A DNA stretch of 29,893 bases from Gammaproteobacteria bacterium (GTDB taxonomy: Bacteria; Pseudomonadota; Gammaproteobacteria; GCA-001735895): positions 1 through 29,893 of the forward strand of contig JBNKUM010000083.1 of the NCBI GenBank assembly GCA_050298595.1, read 5' to 3'. A model generated the notes under the pieces. It did no database searches, was not told the origin of the DNA, and saw only the letters and a list, made by a program, of their open reading frames with translations. Of the stretch, positions 1-8,156 are shown piece after piece (within the stretch, counting starts at the first letter, position 1; every line of letters begins with the position of its first letter). The position numbers and the translations under genes were made by a program.

Positions 1-10
1 TGTTGGATCA

Positions 11-367
11 ATGGCACACGCGGATACAAAGCTATTTGGTGGTAGTACTCAGCTTTCAAAAGGCGACTATGAAAAGCACAAATGTATTACAGGACCCACG
101 TATCGTATGGAGCGCCTTGCCTACAAAGAGATATGTAAATACGGAAAATATGGGTGCCCATTGAAGGCATACAAAGAGAAAAGGATGATGTATTGTAAAC
201 ACGAAAATCTCAGTGAATGTTTCGAGAATAAAGCTTGGCTAAATAAAAATCAGCTTGTGGGTTTGCCTGAAAATATCGAGATAGGTTTAATTACCCAGGG
301 ATTATCTTTTAAAAATGGGGCAAGAAGCGGTGAGACATGTGCGTACTATCAACCAAAAAGAAATTAA
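11..367 (+). CDS. Hypothetical Cys-rich protein, probable gene-cassette ORF; may be 5'-truncated by the window edge
   Basis: 118-aa ORF with 6 Cys. The frame is open back to base 2 (V-G-S-M-A-H-A-D), and AHA-D resembles a signal peptidase site. The TAA stop (365-367) abuts an attC-like site. Confidence 0.65.
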   Translation: MAHADTKLFGGSTQLSKGDYEKHKCITGPTYRMERLAYKEICKYGKYGCPLKAYKEKRMMYCKHENLSECFENKAWLNKNQLVGLPENIEIGLITQGLSFKNGARSGETCAYYQPKRN

Positions 368-436
368 ACATAACGAATAAGGTTAGATCGTGATTTACGC
401 GTAGCGTGAAGCCACGATCTGAACCGTTTGTTGGAC
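368..436. mobile_element. Integron attC-like recombination site (69 bp)
   Basis: Ends are ACATAAC (368-374) and GTTGGAC (430-436). The stem GGTTAGATCGTG (381-392) pairs with CACGATCT-G-AACC (413-425), leaving one extra base (G421); there is an inner ACGC-gta-GCGT hairpin. On the minus strand it reads GTCCAAC-AAACG-GTTCAGAT...ATCTAAC-CTTATTC-GTTATGT, matching the R''-L''...L'-R' layout. Confidence 0.8.
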
Positions 437-617
437 AAGCCCAATAAGTTAGAGAGAAGTAAATTTGCTATTGAAAATAGCTTTTTATCGATTCTACTGA
501 GTTTTGCACTCAGGCACTATTAATGATAATTCTATTCCTTAATATCCGCAGTATTTTCAATTAAGGACGGGGTATCATCGCATTTATTTAAGTTTCCGAC
601 TTATTGCGAACAAGTGT

Positions 618-660
618 GGGCCTCAGCCATAAAGCTGCTTGTTAAATTCAGCTGAGGCCC
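618..660. repeat. 10-bp perfect inverted repeat
   Basis: GGGCCTCAGC (618-627) / GCTGAGGCCC (651-660). Confidence 0.85.
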
Positions 661-732
661 TGTAAACACCACTCTAAACCCGCAGCTATTTGCCGAATAG
701 TTATAGCTGCGGGTTTAGAGTGGTGTTTACAG
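660..732. repeat. 30-bp perfect inverted repeat with a 13-nt spacer
   Basis: CTGTAAACACCACTCTAAACCCGCAGCTAT (660-689) is the exact reverse complement of 703-732. Confidence 0.95.
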
Positions 733-1407
733 TTATTAACTGTATCGTTCCATTTATTCCTGTTTGGCCTTATATTCACGCACCACTAAGTGGGAGGATT
801 ACTATATTCCTTCACCCGGCCTAATCCCCATGGAGACTTTTCACTACATGGATAAGTATGTTAGTTCTATTGCACGTAAATCCTGGACTCAATTAGCCCC
901 AACCTGAGGGCCGAACAAAAATCAGAACGCTCATTACTGGCCTGGCAGGCTGAAGCAGGATAAATTCATGTCCCTGACATTGACAATGTCTGGAGTGGCT
1001 AAATCAGGCGTTGTTATACGTACTTGATAAGTACATGAAAGGGGTCTCTCGAGTTCTTTCGTACAGCATGGGCATACAGTAATTCTAATGGACCATCTGG
1101 CTTACATACTTGAAAAAGGGATTGATCTTTCGACCGAAATCTCTAACCTGATTCTGTTTTTGATGCGTAAATTTCTGGTGCTAATCGGACACAGTAATGT
1201 AATTAAAGCGTCAGACTAGACTCGTCACTACTTCCGCTTCGTTTTGAATACCATGCAGGTAAAAGTTAATCAACTCGTGCTATCGCTTTGAGCAAGACTT
1301 TGATCAAAGGTCAGGCGATTTAATCACGGTTTATTTTCGATTGATAGCTTAAGGTTTCTTCTTAAGGACAAGCTGGCGGGTAAAACACTATCAGTGTTAG
1401 TAAAAAT

Positions 1408-2247
1408 TTAAAAAATAACTTTCGGCACAATCCCCGACAACAACTCCCTCATTGGGTGCGTCTTACGATAAATAAAATAAACTTCGCGCTGAAAAACAGG
1501 TGCTTGCGTGACTTCATATAGCAGCCCTTTGTCCAGCCAGGACTCTACCTGTTGTCTTGCCAGATACCCCATTCCACCCGATGCCAGCAGGTAATCCAGG
1601 GCCATGCTAGAGAAATTAAATGTAATCTCTGGCGATAGCACGTCACCCAGCAATTGCTGATGTTGATCTGAAAATACACTGCCCCAATCTACGTAACAGT
1701 AGGATTGTTCTGATACCTGCGAAATATCACAGGGCTCACTACTCACCAGCACTAATTCCAGTGTGCCAACCTCATGGGACACTATGCCATTATGATAGGG
1801 GGTATCAAAAACCAGCGCTGCATCAAGCTGTTCAGATATTACAGATTGTGCCAGTAGTGGTGGCGAAGCTGCCTGAATCTGAAACAGAAGGTTATGATTC
1901 TGTTCACGGCACTGAATCACCCAGGATTGCACAATGATGGGCCATAGGTCAAATACCGTACCAATACTAACAAGATGCTGATTTTCTTCGGTGACAAAAT
2001 TGATTTCGTTTTTGGTTTTATCCCATTGTTTGACGATCAATTCTGCACTGTTAGCGAGCTTTCTGCCGGCGGTAGTCAGTTCTATCTGGTTTCGCTTGCG
2101 CACAAACAGGGTTGTTCCGAGGGTATCTTCCAGTAATTTAATACGCGCAGATACCGCCGACTGGGTAAGACAAACCCTGTCTGCGGCTTTGCCAAAATGT
2201 TTCAGTTTAGCGACCTCAAGAAAGGTCTTTAACAGGTCTATGTTCAT
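1408..2247 (-). CDS. LysR-family transcriptional regulator, HdfR-like
   Basis: N-terminal LysR HTH (LLKTFLEVAKLKHFGKAADRVCLTQSAVSARIKLLE); the C-terminal YVDWG motif is typical of the HdfR subgroup. Confidence 0.9.
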   Translation of the reverse strand: MNIDLLKTFLEVAKLKHFGKAADRVCLTQSAVSARIKLLEDTLGTTLFVRKRNQIELTTAGRKLANSAELIVKQWDKTKNEINFVTEENQHLVSIGTVFDLWPIIVQSWVIQCREQNHNLLFQIQAASPPLLAQSVISEQLDAALVFDTPYHNGIVSHEVGTLELVLVSSEPCDISQVSEQSYCYVDWGSVFSDQHQQLLGDVLSPEITFNFSSMALDYLLASGGMGYLARQQVESWLDKGLLYEVTQAPVFQREVYFIYRKTHPMRELLSGIVPKVIF

Positions 2248-2379
2248 TACCGGATCTAGAAAAAATCATGATGGTCAGGATTATGACATTTTGTTGGATA
2301 TTTAATAGCTCAATCTTTTAAATACACCTGCGAGTTCTGGCTATCAGAGACGCAGTACATTTTTTATTGGAGAAACAAA

Positions 2380-2571
2380 ATGAAACCCCTTTCTTTACTG
2401 ATTAGCGCCGCTTCCCTCATGCTGGCTGCCACTTTCACTACACCTGTCCTGGCCCAACAAGAAGCCGAAGAAGCCTGTCTCAGCAAAGCTGATGAGATGC
2501 AAATCGCTGATGATAAATATGATGAATTCATCCAGAACTGTATTGAAGAAGCAGCAACCAAGTCTGAATAA
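2380..2571 (+). CDS. Small secreted acidic protein with two Cys
   Basis: GGAG RBS upstream; Sec signal peptide ending in VLA; mature part about 38 aa with C-x20-C. Confidence 0.75.
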   Translation: MKPLSLLISAASLMLAATFTTPVLAQQEAEEACLSKADEMQIADDKYDEFIQNCIEEAATKSE

Positions 2572-2603
2572 TCCGACAGTTTTCGGTTTCTAATCAGGGC
2601 ATT

Positions 2604-2648
2604 AGACAGCCAGTCAAAGCGAGCTCAGGTTTGCTGGACTGGCTGTCT
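2604..2648. terminator. Stem-loop downstream of the small secreted gene (possible terminator)
   Basis: 12-bp inverted repeat AGACAGCCAGTC / GACTGGCTGTCT with a long loop and weak U tract. Confidence 0.4.
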
Positions 2649-2945
2649 GAGCTTTCCATTATTCCCCTTCCACCTGAACCTGGGACTCAATAAAAACCAC
2701 AGTCACGCTAACGTATTTTTAAAAGAAAGTCCCCGTTGAAGTCATTACTAAATAGACTTTTAACTTAATACCAGCAATAGAGACTATTTTTATCTCTCAT
2801 GGATAGTTTATTGCTGAATCGGATTCAATTTATTTTCCCTGAAACAGTGAGCTGCATTACATTCGACCCTGCCAGAAGCAAATGCTACAATTTATTCAAT
2901 TTTTAGGGGATTGATCATTAATTTGTTTGAATTATTAAGAATTAT

Positions 2946-3377
2946 ATGAACCAGCTTGCAGTTAACATCAGTAGTAATCCAGTAGACCACGAAAATTTAC
3001 TTCGTACGCATGGTGTTTTCCCCACCCAACAGCGAATGGCTATCGCCAAAATTCTTTTCTCCAGGCATCAGCACATTACAGCCGAGCAACTGCATACTAT
3101 TTTAAAACAAAAGGGTTTCCTGGTATCCAAGGCTACGGTTTATAACACGCTGGCAACATTTGTCGAAAAAGGCCTGTTGTTTGAAATTTTCATTGATCCA
3201 AACTCTGTTTACTATGACTCAAACATTAGCCATCATCATCATTTCTACAATGTTGATACAGGCCAATTAACAGATATTGCCGAGGACCTGGCTCCACGGT
3301 TTGATACAGCCCAACTTCCAGAAGGCACTTATTTCGATGATGTAGATATTGTCATCCGCATTCGAAATCAGATTTAG
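2946..3377 (+). CDS. Fur-family regulator, Irr/PerR-like
   Basis: TQQR, HITAEQL and SKATVYNTL motifs, then YDSNISHHHHFYNVDTGQLTDI; no CxxC zinc motifs. Confidence 0.9.
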   Translation: MNQLAVNISSNPVDHENLLRTHGVFPTQQRMAIAKILFSRHQHITAEQLHTILKQKGFLVSKATVYNTLATFVEKGLLFEIFIDPNSVYYDSNISHHHHFYNVDTGQLTDIAEDLAPRFDTAQLPEGTYFDDVDIVIRIRNQI

Positions 3378-3436
3378 TAGTAACTCGAATTTAATTTCCC
3401 ACCAGGCTTCCCCCCTTATTAAGACCACTTGATTCT

Positions 3437-3450
3437 TTGACCTGGATCAT
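3437..3450 (+). promoter_or_regulatory. Putative FNR/ANR-type box upstream of the peroxidase
   Basis: TTGAC-CTGG-ATCAT versus the consensus TTGAT-N4-ATCAA; ccp genes are commonly FNR-family controlled. Confidence 0.5.
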
Positions 3451-3459
3451 TTGTTTAGA

Positions 3460-3476
3460 TTTAGACTAATTCTAAT
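3460..3476 (+). promoter_or_regulatory. ICE-like (Irr-type) operator
   Basis: TTTAGAC-TAA-TTCTAAT versus ICE TTTAGAA-N3-TTCTAAA (12/14), lying next to an Irr-like gene. Confidence 0.5.
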
Positions 3477-3526
3477 ATTTCCCGCACCATAAATATGGTT
3501 AAATAATTCCCAATACTCAGATCCAG

Positions 3527-4522
3527 GTGAACATTATGAAACACTTATCCATCTCTATGTCTCTGACTGCTGCGCTACTCTGCTCTGCATCAGTACTAGC
3601 CGAAGAACCGATAAAACCCATTAAACCGGTACAGAATATAAACCTGGCTCAGGTCGAGTTAGGTAAAAAACTTTATTTTGATACCCGACTGTCAAAGTCC
3701 GGATTTATTTCCTGCAACTCTTGCCACAACCTGAGTATGGGTGGCACAGACAACCTTAAGACATCTATCGGAGATCATTGGCAAAAAGGTCCCATCAATG
3801 CCCCTACGGTCCTAAACTCCAGTTTAAATGTTGCACAGTTCTGGGACGGACGAGCTGCTGATTTAAAGGCACAGGCTGGCGGTCCCATTGCAAACCCTGG
3901 TGAAATGGCATCTTCACATACCCTGGCAATAGATGTTCTGGAGTCGATACCGGCCTATGTCACCGAGTTCAAACAGGTCTTTGGTAAAGAAAAAATCAAT
4001 ATCGACATGGTCACTCAAGCTATTGCCGAATTTGAAAAAACACTGGTCACTCCCAACTCACGCTTTGACCAATATCTACTTGGTAATAATGACGCTATTA
4101 CTGCAAATGAAAAAGCTGGCTATAAGCTATTTAAAGACAGTGGCTGTGTGGCATGCCACAATGGTGAAGCTGTCGGTGGAAACTCATTCCAGAAAATGGG
4201 GGTTGTTAAAGCTTACAAGACAAAAAGTTCAGCTCAAGGCTTAAGCGGTGTTACCGGAAAAGATGCTGACCGCTTTAAGTTTAAGGTGCCTACCTTACGA
4301 AATGTTGAGATGACCTATCCCTATTTCCACGATGGTGAAGCCGCAACATTGACTGAAGCGGTAGATTTGATGGGCCGCCTGCAACTGGGTAAGAAACTAT
4401 CAAGCAAACAGAATGCTCAGATTGTTGCCTTCCTGAAAACGCTAACAGGAGATCAACCAGTATTTATGATGCCTATTCTTCCACCATCTACCGATAAAAC
4501 TCCTGCACCTAAACCATTTTAA
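3527..4522 (+). CDS. ccp: Di-haem cytochrome c peroxidase (start may be ATG at 3536)
   Basis: Signal peptide; two CxxCH motifs (CNSCH, CVACH); QFWDGRA, FKVPTLRNV and PYFHDG motifs. Confidence 0.95.
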   Translation: MNIMKHLSISMSLTAALLCSASVLAEEPIKPIKPVQNINLAQVELGKKLYFDTRLSKSGFISCNSCHNLSMGGTDNLKTSIGDHWQKGPINAPTVLNSSLNVAQFWDGRAADLKAQAGGPIANPGEMASSHTLAIDVLESIPAYVTEFKQVFGKEKINIDMVTQAIAEFEKTLVTPNSRFDQYLLGNNDAITANEKAGYKLFKDSGCVACHNGEAVGGNSFQKMGVVKAYKTKSSAQGLSGVTGKDADRFKFKVPTLRNVEMTYPYFHDGEAATLTEAVDLMGRLQLGKKLSSKQNAQIVAFLKTLTGDQPVFMMPILPPSTDKTPAPKPF

Positions 4523-4550
4523 TTAGTAAAATCTTTGAGCAACCTGATAA

Positions 4551-4582
4551 AGCCCTCCATATGTTTTCACATGTGGAGGGTT
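4551..4582 (+). terminator. Probable terminator hairpin after ccp
   Basis: AGCCCTCCATATG-ttttca-CATGTGGAGGGTT stem with G-U pairs. Confidence 0.5.
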
Positions 4583-4725
4583 AACTTTAGTGCCATATGC
4601 TATTTGAACCTGGAATCCGCAGGGTACTTCGTGTAGCTAAAGCTGTATAGAGTGTTGGTAATTCGCACCTCTGCATATTATTATCCGCGCCCTGAATACC
4701 TGCAAAATACTGGAATTAAAAAGAA

Positions 4726-5598
4726 ATGACTGAAAACCATACAGCCTCCAGAGAATTCATTCTCAAAGCAACCTGTCATGCGACCCGTGGCATTGTGGCT
4801 GGAGTCACCAGCTATCTCTACTCTCGAGACTGTTATCTATCCGAATTAAATCAGTTTGACGATGAAAATACGGGGCAATTCTTTATGCGTGCCGTCTGCC
4901 GTATTGAGAGTGACAACTATTCCATTGAAGGTATAAAACAGGAGTTCCCTCAGGTCGCCGAACAGTTTGATATGCAATGGACGATCTTTGACCGTTCTTC
5001 ACTGAGCAAGGTATTGATTATGGTTAGCAAGTTCGACCATTGCCTGGATGATCTGCTATACCGTCTCCACAAAGGTGAACTGCCGATGGAAATCACAGCC
5101 GTGGTTTCTAATCATAAAGATCTGCGACCCATGGTAGAACGCGAAGGTATTCGATTTATTCATTTACCGGTTAATAAGGAAAATAAACCAGAACAGGAAA
5201 AAGCCTTACTGGAAATCATCGAGGAAACCCGGACCGACCTGGTCGTACTAGCGCGCTATATGCAAGTATTGTCAGACAAACTGTGCAAGGAACTGAGTGG
5301 TCGGGCAATTAATATCCATCACTCTTTCCTGCCCGGATTCAAGGGTGCCAGACCTTATCATCAGGCCTATGACCGCGGAGTAAAGCTGATTGGAGCAACC
5401 GCACACTATGTTACTTCGGACCTCGATGAAGGTCCAATCATCGAGCAGTCAGTGCAACAGGTTGACCATACTTATAGCCCTGACATGCTGGTAGCAATAG
5501 GCCGGGATACCGAAACTGTGGCACTGGCCAGGGCAGTGCGTTTGCATATAGAACACCGTGTTTTTCTGGATGGAAATAAAACGGTTATCTTCAAATAG
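4726..5598 (+). CDS. purU: Formyltetrahydrofolate deformylase
   Basis: N-terminal ACT domain; VLARYMQVLS, INIHHSFLPGFKGARPYHQAYDRGVKLIGATAHYVT and LDEGPII motifs. Confidence 0.96.
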   Translation: MTENHTASREFILKATCHATRGIVAGVTSYLYSRDCYLSELNQFDDENTGQFFMRAVCRIESDNYSIEGIKQEFPQVAEQFDMQWTIFDRSSLSKVLIMVSKFDHCLDDLLYRLHKGELPMEITAVVSNHKDLRPMVEREGIRFIHLPVNKENKPEQEKALLEIIEETRTDLVVLARYMQVLSDKLCKELSGRAINIHHSFLPGFKGARPYHQAYDRGVKLIGATAHYVTSDLDEGPIIEQSVQQVDHTYSPDMLVAIGRDTETVALARAVRLHIEHRVFLDGNKTVIFK

Positions 5599-5692
5599 AC
5601 ACACTCTATGGTAGGTCAGTATAACTATGGACTAGTATTCTTTATCCCTGTTACTGGTCATAACGACATCCTATGCCGGACAGCCAGTTCGC

Positions 5693-5932
5693 ATGATAGG
5701 AACCACCTATGATATTACCAATATGGCGCATAAACTCAGACTTAAGGTCATCGCAAAAAGCATAGAAACGACAGACCAGCTTGCTATGCTGAAAGCCATG
5801 AGCTGCGATTATGGACAGGATTTTTTATTTTCAAGATCCATACCGGCTGTAGAGTTTGAAAACCCTATATCGGCACCCTCCATTAGCTGGAAGCAGGGGC
5901 CGGATAGGTCCTTGAATTGCAGCCATAATTGA
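5693..5932 (+). pseudogene. Decayed C-terminal fragment of an EAL phosphodiesterase domain
   Basis: MAHKLRLKVIAKSIET...CDYGQDFLFSRSIP matches the EAL end (MAHxLxLxVVAEGVE...CDxxQGYxxSxP), but key residues are lost and the N-terminal part is missing. Confidence 0.75.
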
Positions 5933-5991
5933 ATTACATACCTGCCAAAGCTCTGCTATTCTTAAGGCTCCGAAGTATTTAGAACCTGAAT

Positions 5992-6843
5992 ATGTCCAAT
6001 CTAGACTCACTGCTTTCCAAAGTTAAAGAATTACCCGCCCTGCCCCAGATATATACTCGAGTATCAGCTCTGCTGGATGACGAGAATGTATCCGTGAATA
6101 AAATTGGAGAAGCCGTACAGACCGAGCCATCTATTACTTCAAGAATTCTCAGGATGGTTAACAGCGCCTACTACGGACTGCCGTATTCTGTAACCTCTAT
6201 ACCTCAAACCATCTTACTGATCGGACGCCAGCGCTTAAAGGACATCCTGATAGGCACCCTGCTAGCAGGTATTTTCAAGAATATCGAAAATAAACACTTC
6301 TCCATGAATGATTTCTGGAGACACAGCATCAAAACCGCCATCATCGCGCGCCACATAGCGATGCAAAGCGCCCATGTCGTAGACCATGAAGCGTTATTTA
6401 CTGCGGGTCTGTTACACGATATTGGCAGGCTGGTAATAGCCGCCAATCTACCTGAATTTCAGCTTCAAATAGAAACATTAGTAGCCGAAAAAAAGATAGA
6501 TATTTTACAGGCAGAACACGACATTCTGGGATTTGATCATACCGACGTGAGCAAGGCCTTGCTGCAAAAATGGCGTCTACCTGATTTACTGGTTTATGCC
6601 GTTAAAAACCACCATGACACGGACCATTTTGGCCCCTATGCAGATACCAATTGCATCGTTTATCTGGCCAATCACCTCAGCCATAGATCACCACCGGCGA
6701 AAGAAGAAGAGCTGCTACTGATACTGGATAAAATCACCAACTGGGAACAGGCAAAATGCCCGATCGATCAAATCCTGGTGGCCTGGCACCTGGCAGAAGA
6801 TCAGGCGTTTGACGTCATGCTGTCTTTTGGCATGACCGACTAA
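5992..6843 (+). CDS. Stand-alone HDOD domain protein
   Basis: LPALP, ILRMVNSAYYG, FWRHS, FTAGLLHDIG, GFDH and WRLP motifs. Confidence 0.92.
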   Translation: MSNLDSLLSKVKELPALPQIYTRVSALLDDENVSVNKIGEAVQTEPSITSRILRMVNSAYYGLPYSVTSIPQTILLIGRQRLKDILIGTLLAGIFKNIENKHFSMNDFWRHSIKTAIIARHIAMQSAHVVDHEALFTAGLLHDIGRLVIAANLPEFQLQIETLVAEKKIDILQAEHDILGFDHTDVSKALLQKWRLPDLLVYAVKNHHDTDHFGPYADTNCIVYLANHLSHRSPPAKEEELLLILDKITNWEQAKCPIDQILVAWHLAEDQAFDVMLSFGMTD

Positions 6844-7016
6844 TTCACCGATAAACAAGATATTGATACAGGGAATCTCTGATCAATTCATGCTCTGGTG
6901 TGTAGTGGCTAAAAAGTTCCGACTCGGTGTTGAAAATCCATGTTCAACTGCGGATTCTTGACCTCAGGTCTGAGCATGGATAAGACCAGAGATAGACTAG
7001 CTATCTGAGCGGCTAG

Positions 7017-7616
7017 TCATTCAGCGAGTTTCTGATCCGGACGCACTATTGAAAACAGTATTAGCGAGCTAATCGCCCCCAGAGTATCTGAAAACATATC
7101 CTTCTGCGCATCCCAGATATCACCCTGAGAACCCAGAAATTCAACACCGGCATCACCTCCTTCTGCTACCGCATACCACCATTCAATGATTTCATAGGCG
7201 GCTGCCACACTCATGATAAAAAATAACCCGAACGCCGCTGCCAACCAGAAAGAGCAATATTTTTTTCTGAGTAGCCATTCCGCCATAGCGAAAGCAAAAA
7301 AACCAATGACAAAATGACCAATACGGTCGAAGTGATTTCTTTCCGCACCAATCAAATCACTAAACCACTGGAAAGGGACATTGGCAAAGGTATAGTGCCC
7401 ACCGACCGTATGCCAGAATATCCAGATAGCCATCAACGCATACGCCAGGTTACTAAAGCGAAAAAGCCTGAAGCTAAACACCAGCAGCAGAAAGATAGCC
7501 ACAACCGGAATCACTTCAGCAATCCACACTTCTCGTGATACCGGCTCAATACCCAGGATAATAAAGAACACTACATAAACGGTGGCAAGGAAATGCGGGA
7601 AGTATGTATGTATCAA
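7017..7616 (-). CDS. DUF2238 (YjdF-like) inner-membrane protein
   Basis: GGHYTFANVP, RNHFDRIGHF, YEIIEWW and FLGSQGDIWDAQKDM motifs; several TM segments. Confidence 0.92.
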   Translation of the reverse strand: MIHTYFPHFLATVYVVFFIILGIEPVSREVWIAEVIPVVAIFLLLVFSFRLFRFSNLAYALMAIWIFWHTVGGHYTFANVPFQWFSDLIGAERNHFDRIGHFVIGFFAFAMAEWLLRKKYCSFWLAAAFGLFFIMSVAAAYEIIEWWYAVAEGGDAGVEFLGSQGDIWDAQKDMFSDTLGAISSLILFSIVRPDQKLAE

Positions 7617-7668
7617 GGGACTGTCTCGGCCTGTAAAAAATGTTCACACTTTAACTCAGCATGTTGAT

Positions 7669-7830
7669 CTAGCCAAGGCCCGCCTCTGCACTGGTTCGTG
7701 TTTTGTATTCATCACTTATCAGCTGTCTATAGCCGATTCGTAATATGTCGATAATTTAACTCGCCGCTATCCGGTTCGGCGCAATCAGGCACTGGGGCAA
7801 TCTGTATATGACCGGTTATCGACATCTTTG
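7669..7830 (-). pseudogene. C-terminal remnant of a hydroxypyruvate isomerase (Hyi/OtnI family)
   Basis: GHIQIAPVPDCAEPDSGELNY (family: GHxQIAxVPxRxEPDxGExNY), a stop, then EYKTRTSAEAGLG* in another frame (family: EYKPxxxTxxGLGW). Confidence 0.7.
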
Positions 7831-7901
7831 TCGAATATTTTTCCATCATAGGTGTAACAGAGTATGATGCGAACCATTCATTCATTACCCATAGTCCCAG
7901 C

Positions 7902-8156
7902 ATGAAACTGTTAATACGCAATCTGTCACGCACTACCACCGAAGCAGAGCTCAAGGCCCTGTTCGAAACCCATGGCAGGGTTCAATCCTGCACCCTGGTG
8001 ATGGATAGCAAAACCGGTCTGTCCAAAGGCTTTGGCTTTGTTGAAATACCCAACCCCGGTGAAGCGAAAGCAGCTATGAAATCCACTAATGGATCAGAAC
8101 TAAATGGCAGCAAGATTCGAGTTAAGAAAGCCGAAGATAAGACCGCTAGCCAATAG
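7902..8156 (+). CDS. Single-RRM (RNP-1) RNA-binding protein
   Basis: RNP2-like LLIRNL and RNP1 KGFGFVEI; 84 aa. Confidence 0.92.
   Translation: MKLLIRNLSRTTTEAELKALFETHGRVQSCTLVMDSKTGLSKGFGFVEIPNPGEAKAAMKSTNGSELNGSKIRVKKAEDKTASQ

Noticed and set aside
1-8. TGTTGGAT resembles the end of the attC (TGTTGGAC), suggesting a second site
   Set aside because: Only 8 nt are visible, and they also read as in-frame codons of a likely signal peptide; this cannot be decided without upstream sequence.
519-537. Fur-box-like ATTAATGATAATTCTATTC
   Set aside because: 13/19 match in AT-rich DNA with no downstream gene.
1064-1079. LexA-like box CAGC-N8-ACAG
   Set aside because: Only one half-site fits CTGT-N8-ACAG, and the following 43-aa ORF is unrecognisable.
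437-1407. Integron integrase gene
   Set aside because: There is no long ORF, and I found no tyrosine-recombinase motifs in the frames I translated.
1991-2561. Track ORFs 1991-2305 (+) and 2364-2561 (-)
   Set aside because: Antisense shadows of the LysR gene and the small secreted gene.
6901-6930. TGTAGTGG... resembling an IS3-family end
   Set aside because: No partner repeat or transposase is seen.
7727-7954. 75-aa minus-strand ORF as a real gene
   Set aside because: It joins RRM antisense sequence to the hyi remnant.
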